A stretch of 64,000 nt of DNA from Eledone cirrhosa (GCA_964016885.1 OZ024742.1:320416001-320480000); one strand, 5' to 3'. Shown: positions 41,348-54,068, counted from the first letter of the stretch. Notes: generated by a model not told the origin, from the sequence alone. Program-made: numbers and translations.

Positions 41348-42333
41348 GTCTATAGAAATAGTGGACAGCTTACCTGGGCGATAAAATCAGCAGTGGGGGA
41401 GGGTGCTCTGAAAGTACTGTAGCTAGAGTCAGAACTGGTTGGAAAAAGTTCAGAGAGCTTATACCACTATTAGCTGCTAAAGGGTTCTCCCTAAAAATGA
41501 AAGGCAGGTTGTACGATGCCTGCATACGAACAGCCATGTTGCATGGCAGTGAGACCTGGGCATTGTGTGCAGAGGATATACGCAGACTAGAGAGGAACGA
41601 AGCTTGCATGCTCCGCTGGATGTGTAACAGTAATATACGTGAACGGCAAAGCATAAACGAACTAAGGAAAAAATTAGAGATAAGAGGGATCAGATGTTGT
41701 TTACTCGAGAGAAGGCTACGTTGGTATGGACACGTGATGCGCATGAAAGTCGATAGCTGTATAACAAAGTGCAGGGCAATAAAGATAGACGGTAGTCACG
41801 GAATAGGCAGACCTAGAAAAACCTGGGACGAGCTGATAAACTCCGACATCACACACTTACACCTCTCCAAGACAATGTCACTGGACCGAGACCTTTGGCG
41901 GTACTCAGTAACAGAGAAGACCCGCCTTACCTAAATATATAGTAAAACCTACTCCAGCCAGTAGGCATCTCTAACAAAATACACCCCCGTCCCACCCCCA
42001 CCACCCCCACCCCATCCACACCACCCCGTTCTATGTAAAGTTATGTTGGTGCCGCGCCATCGAGGCCGAAACAAATGAGATCGTGTAGGTGTCACGACAA
42101 AAAACACACAGTCCACGCTGTAATGTGGCCGTGTAGGCAACACGGTAAAAACCTCCCAGACCCACACTGTAAATGTGGTTGGTGTTAGGAAGGGCATCCA
42201 ACTGTAGAAAACCTGCCAGACAGTCCTATGCGAGCAAGACAATCACTCTTGCCTCAAGTGGGACTACCCCCGTCCAAACCCATGCAAGCGTGGAACACGG
42301 ACGTTAAACGTTGATGATGATGATGATGATGAT
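41348..42333 (+). mobile_element. RTE family B, 5'-truncated
   Basis: GGGCSESTVARVRTGWKKFREL..GRPRKTW, family-B UTR, (GAT)n tail; (TA)n flanks. Confidence 0.93.
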
Positions 42334-42346
42334 ATATATATATAAA

Positions 42347-42378
<32 letters not shown>

Positions 42379-42442
42379 ATTATATATATATAAAATATAT
42401 ATATATATATATAATATATATATATATAATATATATATATAT

Positions 42443-44199
42443 CATCATCACCGTCATCATCACCGTTTTACGTCCGTTCTTCCACGCTAGCATGGGTTAG
42501 ACGGGTTGTCCTGTTGTGGGCAGTGTCTGGTCGGCTGACCATGCCTTGCTCATACAGGAACTGATCTGGCTTGATTTCTACAGCTGGATGCCCTTCCTAA
42601 CACCAACCTCATTTACAGTGAGTGCTGGGTGCTTTTTCGTGGCGCCTACACGTCCACTTTACAGTGTGGGCTGGGTGCTTTTTTGCCGTGGCACCTCCAC
42701 GACCACCTTGCGGTGGGGGGGGGGGGGGGGGGGGGGCATATTGTTTATATGCTTCAGCATGTACCCATGGGAGGTCGGGTACCCTGTATTACTGCGTGAC
42801 GCCAGAAGTCACGGTCGTGTGTCATTGACTTTGAGAGGTGTAGTTGGGTAAGGTCGGCTTTTATCACCTCATCCCAAGTCATCTTGGGTCTCCCACTCCG
42901 CGGTTTCCATCAACTTCTAGTGCTCTGCACCTTTTTATGCAGCTGTCATCCTTCATACGCATCACATGTCCATACCAGCGTAACCGCCTCTCCTGCACGC
43001 AGCATTTGATTCCTCTTATGCTCAGTCTCTCTCTCAATTCATTTATGCTTTGTCGTTCACGTATATTACTGTTACACATCCATCGGAGCATGCAGGCTTC
43101 GTTTCTCTCTAATCTACGTAAGTCTTCCACCTTCAGCGCCAGGTCTCACTACCATGCAACATCGCTGTTCGGATACACGCATCATACAGTCTGCCTTTCA
43201 TTCTGAGGGAGAAGCCTTTTGCAGCTAGCAGTGGTAGTAGTTCCCTAAACTTCTTCCATCCCGTTCTTACCCTAGTTATTGTACTTTCTGAGCACCCACC
43301 TCCGTTGCTAATTCGGTCACCTAGGTAGCAGAAGCTGTCTACTGTTTCTACAGGGCCCTCCCAGAGATTGGTGGTACTTGTTTCCTGTGGCTGTTTGCTT
43401 GCTGTTTCAGCACAGCTGCTGCATGTGAATCCTACATTCTTAATTAAGCTTCCTGAGATCCCGCTACATCTCTTGTGTACCCATTGTTTGCATTTGGGGC
43501 AAAGAATGGAGTTCCTACCTACACCTTTCCTACATACTGAGCAAGGCCATTTCCCTGAGGGGATCTGGGTTCTGTTTTCTCGTCTACTTATAAGGACCTT
43601 AGTCTTTGTCATGTTGACTTTGAGGCCCTTTCTCTCTAGTCCCTGCTTCCAGGTTTGGAATTTATTCTCTAGTTCTACCATAGATTCAGCTATGAGTGCG
43701 AGGTCATCAGCATACAGGAGTTCCCATGGGCATCCGGTCTTAAACTCCTCCGTTATTGCCTGCAGGACTATGATGAACAGGAGAGGGCTAAGAACAGAGC
43801 CCTGGTGGACCCCAACCTGTACGCTAAATTCCTCGCTATACTCATTGCCAATCCTAACTTTGCTGACTGCTCCCCTATACATGGCTTGTACCGCTTTCAC
43901 AAGCCATTCATCTACTCCTAGTTTTCTAAGAGCCCACCAGATTACTGCACGTGGAACTCTGTCAAAGGCTTTCTCAAGGTCGACAAATGCCAAGTAGAGT
44001 GGCTTACTTTTAGCTAGGTACTTTTCCTGTAATTGCCTCACAAGGAAGAGCGCATCAGTGGTGCCTTTCCCTGGAACAAACCCAAATTGCATCTCGTCTA
44101 TATTCACCCGGTCCCTAATCAGCTGTGCTATAACTCTTTCTGTTACTTTCATGACCTGGTCCATCAACTTTATACCTCTATAGTTTCCTCTATCTAGTG
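42443..44199 (-). mobile_element. RTE family A copy cut by the assembly gap
   Basis: RT (LYADD), PHD finger, 3' UTR and (CAT)n tail; runs into the Ns. Confidence 0.95.
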
Positions 44200-44399
44200 N
44201 NNNNNNNNNNNNNNNNNNNNNNNNNNNNNNNNNNNNNNNNNNNNNNNNNNNNNNNNNNNNNNNNNNNNNNNNNNNNNNNNNNNNNNNNNNNNNNNNNNNN
44301 NNNNNNNNNNNNNNNNNNNNNNNNNNNNNNNNNNNNNNNNNNNNNNNNNNNNNNNNNNNNNNNNNNNNNNNNNNNNNNNNNNNNNNNNNNNNNNNNNNN
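44200..44399. other. Assembly gap (200 N)
   Basis: Run of N. Confidence 1.
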
Positions 44400-45274
44400 G
44401 ATAGAAAGAATGGAAAATGAGAATGGTTTCGGTGAATGTGAAGAATATTACGGAGAGAGAGGATTGCAAACAATAAATTCAGAGAATGTTGGGAACCAAG
44501 TCAGAGATGAATGTTCTGAAGAGAAATGGAATGAGATGGTTGGGTCATATGGGCACGAGGAGTGATGGAAATGAATGCAGAAAGAAATAGAGGAATGGGA
44601 AGGCTAAGAAAATGTATGTAAAAATTATGGAGGAGGAAATGAAGAGAAGGGGATGGAGAGGATGGTAAAGATGATAGGGCAAAATAGAGAAGCTAGCCAT
44701 GAGACCTGTGAGACTAACTTTTACTTTAACAGGGAAAATGGTCTTAACACTCTTGTAGTTGTTAATTACTCCAGTATTTACGATATCATTTTTGAGTGAT
44801 AGGTTCAAATATCTTTGCAAGATAACATTTTGAGATTGACTTTAGTTAGTGTAAAAGCTGTATTATTAACTTTGATAGAAAACTGGGTTGTCGGAAACTG
44901 CATGGAAGCCATTTTAGGTGAAGTGTACATGTAATTTAATGCTTTATCCTTGTTGCATATTGTGTCAGTGTAAAACCTGTATTATTAACTTTGATAGAAA
45001 TTGCATAGAAAGAAGCTGAATTTTGGTCTGAATTTTGGTCTGGCTTCTGAAACAATTGTAAACCAATAAATAAATTTGTTCAAGAATTTGGCACTGTATT
45101 CTCTAATAATAATTTTTATATTAATGCTCTGCCTATACAATTTTTGCATGACATAATTCTCTCACTTACTTTCACTGTTCACTTATCTTGCACTTAATAC
45201 ACATTGAGCACACTGTCCTCTTCACTACTGGCTTATAGTTCTTGATTAGTTTGTGCACCTACTTTATATATACA

Positions 45275-47075
45275 CATCATCATCATCATCATCAACGTTT
45301 AACGTCCGTGTTCCACGCTTGCATGGGTTTGGACGGGGGTAGTCCCACTTGAGGCAAGAGTGATTGTCTTGCTCGCATAGGACTGTCTGGCAGGTTTTCT
45401 ACAGTTGGATGCCCTTCCTAACACCAACCACATTTACAGTGTGGGTCTGGGAGGTTTTTACCGTGTTGCCTACACGGCCACATTACAGCGTGGACTGTGT
45501 TTTTTTTTGTCGTGACACCTACACGATCTCATTTGTTTCGGCTTGGATGTTGTGGCACCAACATAACTTTACATAGAACGGGGTGGTGTGGATGGGGTGG
45601 GGGTGGTGGGATGGGGGTGTATTTTGTTAGAGATGCCTACTGGCTGTAGTAGGTTTTACTATGTATTTAGGTAAGGCGGGTCTTCTCTATTACTGAGTAC
45701 CGCCAAAGGTCTCGGTCCAGTGACATTGTCTTGGAGAGGTGTAAGTGTGTGAGGTCGGAGTTTATCAGCTCGTCCCAGGTTTTTCTAGGTCTGCCTATTC
45801 CGTGGCTACCGTCTATCTTTATTGCCCTGCACTTTGTTATACAGCTATCGACTTTCATGCGCATCACGTGTCCATACCAATGTAGCCTTCTCTCGAGTAA
45901 ACAACATCTGATCCCTCTTATTTCTAATTTTTTCCTTAGTTCGTTTATGCTTTGCCGTTCACGTATATTACTATTACACATCCAGCGGAGCATGCAAGCT
46001 TCGTTCCTCTCTAGTCTGCGTATATCCTCTGCACACAATGCCCAGGTCTCACTGCCATGCAACATTGCTGTTCGTATGCAGGCATCATACAACCTGCCTT
46101 TCATTTTTAGGGAGAACCCTTTAGCGGCTAATAGTGGTATAAGCTCTCTTAACTTTTTCCATCCAGTTCTGACTCTAGCTACTGTACTTTCAGAGCACCC
46201 TCCCCCACTGCTGATTTTGTCACCCAGGTAACGGAAGCTGTCCACTATTTCTATAGAGCCCTCTGTGCAGTTGTAAGAGCTAGTATTTTGTGGGCACTTG
46301 CTGCTACTTATTGCACCAGAGCACCGCCCACATGTAAAATCTATGTTCTTAGTTAGCTTACTTGTGATCCCACTACATCTTTTATGCACCCATACTTTGC
46401 ATTTGGGACATAAAATGGAGTTTCTACCTACGCCTTTCCTACACACTGAGCATGGCCATTTCCCGGAAGGGACCGCCGCCTTATTTTCTTTCCTACAAAC
46501 TAGAACTTTAGTCTTAGCCAGGTTAATTTTAAGGCCTTTTGATTCTAGGCCGTGCTTCCATGTTTGGAATTTCTTCTCTAGCTCGGCCATTGATTCAGCT
46601 ATGAGTGTCAGGTCGTCTGCGTATAGGAGTTCCCATGGGCAGCCGGTCTTGAACTCCTCTGTTATAGCCTGAAGAGCAATAATAAATAGTAGGGGGCTGA
46701 GAACAGAGCCCTGATGGACGCCAACTTTTACGCTAAACTCTTCACTATATTCGTTGTTAATTCTAACCTTGCTGACTGTTTCTTTATACATGGCTTGTAT
46801 AGCTCTCACAAGCCATTCGTCGACACCTAGTTTTCTAAGGGCCCACCAGATAATGGAACGGGGGACTCTGTCGAAGGCTTTCTCCAAGTCGACAAAAGCT
46901 AAGTAGAGGGGTTTACCTTTAGCTAGGTACTTCTCCTGTAGTTGACGTACAATGAAAAGAGCGTCTGTGGTACTTTTGCCTGACACAAACCCGAACTGCA
47001 TTTCATCTAGGTCAATTCTCTCTCTGATTAGTTGCGCTATTACTTTTTCCGTGACCTTCATGACCTGGTCGATTA
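45275..47075 (-). mobile_element. RTE family B, 5'-truncated, with an open RT-PHD-C-terminal frame; intronic
   Basis: LIDQVMKVTEKVIAQL..LYADD..CSVC..IEKTRLT*; (CAT)n tail. Confidence 0.96.
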
Positions 47076-47132
47076 AACACATGTATAAATAAATATATAT
47101 ATATGCATACATATACCTAATCTTTTCTACAG

Positions 47133-47207
47133 GAACGCTACAGTTCTTTTGATTCTGGGATTGGAAAAAAAATTGCTGAATGTAATACAAGTTTTGAGGA
47201 ATTGGAA
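47133..47207 (+). CDS. xylA: Xylose isomerase (class II), penultimate exon
   Basis: ctaatcttttctacag|ERYSSFDSGIGKKIAECNTSFEELE|gtaagt (75 nt, phase 0/0). Matches the class II xylose isomerase C-terminal pattern ERYxSFDSGIGxxI. Confidence 0.88.
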
Positions 47208-47698
47208 GTAAGTATACAACTGGCTTCAAATTATTTAAAAGAGTTTTCAACACTGTAAATACATTTTGATAATCATCATCATCAAGATATATTCAAGTCA
47301 TTTAAATTCTTTGATAAGTAAGGTATCTCTATTAAACCACAATTGGCACCATATCAGCTCTACATAGAATGCCATGGAGTATTTCCTCCAGCTCTTTTAT
47401 ATTCTGAGTTAAAATCTGCTGCGGTCCATTTGAGTGGTAGACTTAGGGTTAGGTTTAACATGCTAGCGTGGAAAATGGATGTTAAACGATGATGATGATG
47501 ATGACTACCACCTGCCTTGCTGCCTTTAGTACTCAAGTTTGAGGATACCTTTCTTCTTCCTTCCCACCAGTCACGGAGGCCTTAAAAAATGTCATGGGTA
47601 CCCTCTTCTCCCTGACTAAATTGTAAAAGACTCATCATACTCAGTTGTTATGTTATTACAATCCAATATACTCTAATATATTTTGTTCTCTGCTTCAG

Positions 47699-47794
47699 GA
47701 ATATATTCATTCACATGGCGAGCCAACAGTCAGCTCTGGACAGCAAGAACACTACCAAAGCATGGTGAATCATTATTTAAAAATTCAACAGTAA
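47699..47794 (+). CDS. xylA: Xylose isomerase (class II), terminal exon
   Basis: ttttgttctctgcttcag|EYIHSHGEPTVSSGQQEHYQSMVNHYLKIQQ*. Matches the GEPxxxSGxQExYExxxNxY pattern and is in frame with the previous exon; AATAAA at 48235-48240. Confidence 0.88.
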   Translation, partial: EYIHSHGEPTVSSGQQEHYQSMVNHYLKIQQ

Positions 47795-48715
47795 CATGTT
47801 TCCATATAATGATTTTTGTTTTGGAATTTTGGCATAGACTTCAAAAAGAAGAAAAAGTGTATTTAAAAAAAAATCTTTTGTTTGGAAAAATAATCATGAT
47901 TATGTGAAAATTCCTACAAATAATTCTTTATATCTTTTAAAAATTTCTCTTAAGATATTCTTGATGTTTCTTTTATTTTATTTAAAAGTGAATGGCTAGT
48001 GTCACTAAATGATAAAAAATGTTCATGTGGAAATTTTCTAAACTTTAATTTCTCATTTTTTGTTTTTTCTTTTATAATCTTTTGATCAGTATATTCTCAA
48101 ATAGTCTTTAAGGTTCAGCCACACCCTTCCCCACAATATATAGGTTCACCACTGCCTTTATTAAAATGTTATTTTTAAAGAGATTATATTCCTACTTTGA
48201 TATTACAATGAAAAAGAAAATCAGCATTTTCATCAATAAATCAATCAAGTTCCTACAACTGATGCAGCCTGTCATGGTGCCACTCTAGTCTTTTGACTGT
48301 GTGTCCTGTGGGTATGGTGTGGTGTGCAGTGGCCGGAAGCTGGGGAGTGCTCGACCAGAAGAGTGCTTGACCGGAAGGGTGCTTGGCCGGAAGGGTGCTC
48401 GACCGGAAGGGCCAGCAGATCGGTCTCTCTCTAGTGGTGACCAGGAACGGTGTGGACGCGAGTTTGGCAGCCAGCTCCCGGGTGTTAATGAGTTGGACGC
48501 ACGTGGAAGAGGAGAAACCAGTCATGGGATTTAGCGGCGCCTATGAAAAGCGGTAAGTGAGATAGCTTTTTCTAACCACAAGCTATTTCGGCACTGGAAA
48601 CAGATCTGATTGAAAAAAAAAAAAAAAAAAAAACTTTCTCGAAAACAAAGCTACTGGAAAAACAGAGAGGAGTCTGTTGTTTTTATTTATTACGTACCGC
48701 AAGACAAATTGGGAT

Positions 48716-50675
48716 ATGGCGACGAGACTACGAACGAGCGAAGCGATTAGGGCATTTACCGGTGAAGGCGATGTTGTCGCTTGGTTGCGAAAAGTCCGGC
48801 TGGTCGCAAGCTTACAGAAGATAGATGTGGCTGGCCTCATGGCACTGTACCTTGAGGGGGATGCGTTGGTACTCTTCCTTGAGTTGGATGAACACAGCCT
48901 AAGGGATGTGCAAAAGATTGAGAGGCGCATGATGGAAGCGTTCGCAGAGGGACTGTTAGCCGCTTTTGCTAAGCTGGCAAGAATTAGATGGAATGGTGAA
49001 CGCGTTGACATTTTCGCAGCAGAAATACGGCGATTGGCCATGTTGGCTGGATATCAGGTGGAATGCGAACGCATGGTGCGGTTGGCGTTCATATAAATTC
49101 CAAACCTGGAAGCAGGGACTAGAGAGAAAGGGTCTCAAAGTCAACATGACAAAGACTAAGGTCCTTGTAAGTAGACGAGAAAACAGAACCCAGATCCCCT
49201 CAGGGAAATGGCCTTGCTCAGTATGTAGGAAAGGTGTAGGTAGGAACTCCATTCTCTGCCCCAAATGCAAACGATGGGTACACAAGAGATGTAGCGGAAT
49301 CTCAGGAAGCTTAATTAAGAATGTAGGATTCACATGCAGCAGCTGTGCTGAGACAGCAAGCAGCAAACAGCCACAGGAAACAAGTACCACCAATCTCTGG
49401 GAGGGCCCTGTAGAAACAGTAGACAGCTTCTGCTACCTAGGTGACCGAATTAGCAACGGAGGTGGGTGTTCAGAAAGTACAATAACTAGGGTAAGAACGG
49501 GATGGAAGAAGTTTAGGGAACTACTACCACTGCTAGCTGCAAAAAACTTCTCCCTCAGAATGAAAGGCAGACTGTATGATGCGTGTATCCGAACAGCGAT
49601 GTTGCATGGTAGTGAGACCTGGGCGCTGAAGGTGGAAGACTTACGTAGATTAGAGAGAAACGAAGCCTGCATGCTCCGATGGATGTGTAACAGTAATATA
49701 CGTGAACGACAAAGCATAAATGAATTGAGAGAGAGACTGAGCATAAGAGGAATCAAATGCTGTGTGCAGGAGAGGCGGTTGCGCTGGTATGGACATGTGA
49801 TGCGTATGAAGGATGACAGCTGCATAAAAAGGTGCAGAGCACTAGAAGTTGATGGAAACCGCGAAGTGGGGAGACCCAAGATGACCTGGGATGAGGTGAT
49901 AAAAGCCGACCTTACCCAACTACACCTCTCAAAGACAATGACACACGACCGTGACTTCTGGCGTCACGCAGTAATACAGAGTACCCGACCTCCCATGGGT
50001 ACAAGCTGAAGCATATAAACAATATGCCCCCACACACCCCACCGCAAGGTGGTCGTGGAGGTGCCACGGCAAAAAAGCACCCAGCCCACACTGTAAAGTG
50101 GACGTGTAGGCGCCACGAAAAAGCACCCAGCACTCACTGTAAATGAGGTTGGTGTTAGGAAGGGCATCCAGCTGTAGAAATCAAGCCAAATCAGTTCCTG
50201 TATGAGCAAGGCATGGTCAGCCGACCAGACACTGCACACAACAGGACAACCCGTCTAACCCATGCTAGCGTGGAAGAACGGACGTAAAACGGTGATGATG
50301 ATGACGATGATGATAGCGGTGAAACTGCAGCAAGTCCCGGGTTACAAAGAAATGGAGATGCGTTCACTGGTGGAGCAAGCCCGTATCATAGCAGAAGATG
50401 CCAAGAAGAGTGTCACGGCGATAGCAACTACAGAGGCTCAAGACAGCTGGCAGCGAAATGGTGAAAGGGAGGCAACCACGGCACGCGGTCGCCCGCGAAC
50501 GTTTAGAGGTCGCTGTTTTAGGTGCCAGGGCCCGCACATGGCGACAGACTGTAGAGAGTCAAGGCCGGAAATAATATGCTACCAGTGTAAGCGACCAGGC
50601 CACATCGCTACTAACTGCGACCAGGAAAATGATGCAAGGGGAACTACTGCGGCGGTAGTTGCCCCTTACGAGTAG
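48716..50675 (+). pseudogene. gag: Gypsy gag interrupted by an RTE insertion
   Basis: MATRLRTSEAIRAFTGEGDVVAWL..RLAFI / IAVKLQQ.. followed by two CCHC knuckles (CFRCQGPHMATDC, CYQCKRPGHIATNC). Confidence 0.88.
49093..50312 (+). mobile_element. RTE family A, 5'-truncated, inserted into Gypsy gag
   Basis: KFQTWKQGLERKGLKVN..PHD..QSTRPPMGTS*, family-A UTR, (GAT)n tail. Confidence 0.96.
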
Positions 50676-53274
50676 AGGTGCTGCCCGTGGTGGAAGTCTT
50701 CGTGAGGGGAAAGCCACAGCTGTGGGGGTGGCGCAGAGGTGGAGAGGGAAGAGCAGTGTAAGGGCAGTCGACGGCAGGAAAATTGAATGCCGAGGCCGCA
50801 GCGAGGTGGAGATGGTGGTACAGGGAAGGAAAATAAGGCTTTCTGCCATCGTAGTTGACAACGTGGTGGATGGGATCGGCGTGGTTATGGGCATGGACGC
50901 AATTGGCCGTCTAGGAGGTGTCACAGTGAACAACGTCGGTGTGTCGTTTGGCGGCGCTGCATCGGTATGCGCTGTGAGTACGCGACAGGAAAACCAGAAG
51001 GCCCACGAGGAGAAATACCCCGCTTACACTCTGCAGGACAAAGACTTCAATGCCGTGTTCGATGGGCAGCGATGGGTTGTTGAGTGGTACTGGAAGGGAG
51101 AACCACCAACACTGAAGACCAAAGTGGGCTGCTATCAACACACATTGAAGGGAGACATTAGGAGCGAGTTCGCGCGAGAGGTAGAGAGATGGATTGAGGA
51201 GAGCATACTGCTTCCCTGGAAAGAGGAGGTGAAGTGCGGAGTATTGTCGTTAATGGCGGTGGCGCAATCCAAGAAGAACAAGGTGAGGCCGGTACTGGAC
51301 TTTCGGGAGCTGAACGAGCACGTGTCATGCCACACGGGTGGCAAGGTCACGGATGTCTGTGGGGAAACCCTGTGTGAGTGGAGACGCATGACGGGGGGTT
51401 CAGCAATAGTTGATCTAAAGTCGGCATACTTGCAATTGCATATAGATGAGAAGCTCTGGCAGTATCAGCTGGTCAGGTATAAGGGCCGGACATATTGCCT
51501 GACCAGGCTCGGTTTCGGGCTGAGCTCCGCACTGAAGATCATGGCGGCGGTCCTCAAGACCATTCTGGGAAAGGCCGACAAGATGAAGAGGGCCACTAAC
51601 TCCTACATTGACGACATCCTGGTGGACGAGTCTGTAGTGTCGGCAGCGGAGGTCACAAGCCATTTACAGGGGTATGGACTGGCTGCGAAACCGTCAGAAT
51701 CGTTGGAGGGAGGAGCCGCGCTGGGACTTAGACTACGGCGAGACAGGACGGGCGTCTTGGTATTCCAGAGGGGAAATGAACTTCCACAACTGGGCCCAAG
51801 TATGAGTAGGCAGGAGCTTTTCTCAGTGTGTGGAAAGTTGGTGGGTCACTACCCGATTGCTGGGTGGCTCTGGATGGCATGCAGCTATGTCAAGAGACGA
51901 GCGGGAGGGGTGACTTGGAGTGACAGAGTGGGAGAGAGGACAGTGGCCATGATGCAGGAGATCGTGGAGAGGGTGAAGGCCGGAGACCCAGTGCGGGGAC
52001 GCTGGTATGTTCCCAAATCGCAGAGCGGGACCGTATGGTGCGATGCCAGCAGCATAGCGCTGGGTGTCACGTTGGAAATAGGAGGTGTTGAGGTCAAGGA
52101 TGCAGCCTGTCTTAGGAAGAAGGACGATTGCAACCACATCAATGTGGCCGAACTGGACGCGGTGTTGAGAGGGGTGAACCTCGCCCTGAGGTGGGGACTG
52201 CGCACCATCGAGATACGCACCGACTCGGCTACTGTATTCGGATGGCTGAGATCAGTGCTCACCAGTGAAAAGAGAGTGCGAACGAGAGGGGCGGCGGAGA
52301 TGCTGATAAAGTGCCGCCTGAGAACTTTAGGAGAGCTGGCCACCGAGTTCGACCTGAGGCTGAGCGTAGTTTTCGTGCCCTCAGAGAAAAATAGGGCGGA
52401 CATCTTAACCAGGGTGAAGAAAGCCTGGATGGAAGCGCCGGAGGAGGTAGAAGAGGAGATAGCTGCCGTGTGTCAGTTGACCGTGTCGGATCTGAAAGGG
52501 TTGCATGATAGGCACCACATGGGAGTGGATAGGACCCTGTTCCTATCCAGGAGAATCGATTCGGACGTTAACAGACACAGTGTTCAAATGGTGGTTAGAG
52601 GCTGCGTCCGATGTCAGTCCATTGATCCCGCCCCGGGTGTGCACGAAACGGGAAGCCTCCTGGTGGATCGCGACTGGAAGCGATTGGCGGTGGATGTAAC
52701 GCACTACCGACAGGAAACGTGCCTCTCGATGGTCGACTGTGGACCAGGACGAATGGCGATATGGAGAGAGATGACGACTGGAACGGCCGAGGAAATCATG
52801 TGGACGTTGAGAGAGGTGTTCTTGGAGTGGGGCCCTATGGACAACAGCGCAGCGTTCCGCTCGGAGGCGCTGAGGGAGATGCTCGATGGATGGAAGGTGG
52901 ATCGTTTCTTCAGAGCAGCGCACAGGCCGAGTGGGAATGGAATTGTGGAGCGACACCACCGGACGATCAAGGCTATGGCGGAGCGGAGCCATATCTCACC
53001 AATGGAGGCAGTGTTCTGGTACAACATGTCCCCTCGAGTGGGACAGGTTGAGGAATCGGTGCCACACAGAGCAGTATTCAGATACGAGTGGCGGCACCCG
53101 TGCATGCCACCACAACGGCCAGTGGGGAGAGAGAATGCATTCGTGCAGGTGGGCGAAGAAGTCTGGGTTAAGACCCCAGATGCACGTTGCACATCTCAAT
53201 GGGGAAGGGGAACGGTGACGGCCGTACAATGTGTCCGTGGACGGAGTACCACGTCATGTCCTGGATGTTCGTAG
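50659..53274 (+). CDS. pol: Gypsy pol (RT, RNase H, integrase; protease active site missing)
   Basis: VRPVLDFRELN, DLKSAYLQ, RLGFGL, YIDDIL, WCDASS, AELDAV, TDSATV, HHCC (HDRHH..CVRC), and D-D-E (VDVT, DNS, IVER). Confidence 0.92.
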   Translation: MPLTSRGAARGGSLREGKATAVGVAQRWRGKSSVRAVDGRKIECRGRSEVEMVVQGRKIRLSAIVVDNVVDGIGVVMGMDAIGRLGGVTVNNVGVSFGGAASVCAVSTRQENQKAHEEKYPAYTLQDKDFNAVFDGQRWVVEWYWKGEPPTLKTKVGCYQHTLKGDIRSEFAREVERWIEESILLPWKEEVKCGVLSLMAVAQSKKNKVRPVLDFRELNEHVSCHTGGKVTDVCGETLCEWRRMTGGSAIVDLKSAYLQLHIDEKLWQYQLVRYKGRTYCLTRLGFGLSSALKIMAAVLKTILGKADKMKRATNSYIDDILVDESVVSAAEVTSHLQGYGLAAKPSESLEGGAALGLRLRRDRTGVLVFQRGNELPQLGPSMSRQELFSVCGKLVGHYPIAGWLWMACSYVKRRAGGVTWSDRVGERTVAMMQEIVERVKAGDPVRGRWYVPKSQSGTVWCDASSIALGVTLEIGGVEVKDAACLRKKDDCNHINVAELDAVLRGVNLALRWGLRTIEIRTDSATVFGWLRSVLTSEKRVRTRGAAEMLIKCRLRTLGELATEFDLRLSVVFVPSEKNRADILTRVKKAWMEAPEEVEEEIAAVCQLTVSDLKGLHDRHHMGVDRTLFLSRRIDSDVNRHSVQMVVRGCVRCQSIDPAPGVHETGSLLVDRDWKRLAVDVTHYRQETCLSMVDCGPGRMAIWREMTTGTAEEIMWTLREVFLEWGPMDNSAAFRSEALREMLDGWKVDRFFRAAHRPSGNGIVERHHRTIKAMAERSHISPMEAVFWYNMSPRVGQVEESVPHRAVFRYEWRHPCMPPQRPVGRENAFVQVGEEVWVKTPDARCTSQWGRGTVTAVQCVRGRSTTSCPGCS

Positions 53275-54068
53275 AGTCATTGTGTCAACGGACTCCGAGG
53301 AAGAGGAAACCCAAAGTGCCGCCCCAACACTGCGGAGATCGCAAAGAAGTCGTAAACCACCAACCTGGACAGCAGACTTTCATATGCAGAAGGACGAGGG
53401 GGAAATTGATCCTTGAGATCAGGGGGGGGGGGGTATGGTGTGGTGTGCGGTGGCCGGAAGCTGGGGAGTGCTCGACCGGAAGAGTGCTTGACCGGAAGGG
53501 TGCTTGGCCGGAAGGGTGCTTGACCGGAAGGGCCAGCAGATCGGTCTCTTTGTAGTGGTAACCAGGAACGGTGTGGACGCGAGTTTGGCAGCTCCCGGGT
53601 GTTAATGAGTTGGATCGTACGCACGTGGAAGAGGAGAAACCAGCCATGGGATTTAGCGGCGCCTATGAAAAGCGGTAAGTGAGATAGCTTTTTCTAACCA
53701 CATGTCCATCATGACATTTCATTGGGCCTTAGAAGTGTTTGACAAAACCCATCTCCTCTCCAAGTGTCTAGTCCTTCACTAAGTTTTACTTGTCAGCAAA
53801 AGCAGTAAATGCCATGTGGTCGACAAATGTCCCGGTGTCAGAAGCAAGAGTCAGGGGAAAACCAGTGTACTCCTCTGTCACTAAGGATGCAGCTGCCAGA
53901 TACCAAGATGTTCTCTCTATTCAAAAACACTTCTTTTAAGATAATCTTTCTTTAAATCCCGAATAACTGTACATCTGGTATTGCAATAACATTTCTTTAC
54001 ATTAATTCACTTTGTTTTAAAGGACCTTTAGATAATGCTAAATAGACATCTTATCAACGGTGCTATGT

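Larger units (their letters stand above)
48307..53702 (+). mobile_element. Ty3/Gypsy LTR retrotransposon
   Basis: LTRs 48307-48580 and about 53428-53702 (tgtgg..ccaca). TSD tgtcc at 48302-48306 and 53703-53707. G-rich PPT at about 53421. Order gag-PR-RT-RH-IN. Confidence 0.96.

Noticed and set aside
43133-44565. ORFs spanning poly-X
   Set aside because: Artefacts of reading through the N gap.
47683-47907. 74-aa ORF MFSASGIYSFTW..
   Set aside because: Wrong frame; the spliced phase-0 frame gives the xylose isomerase C-terminus.
48966-50009. Apparent novel 347-aa fusion protein
   Set aside because: Chance read-through from an alternative gag frame into the inserted RTE fragment.
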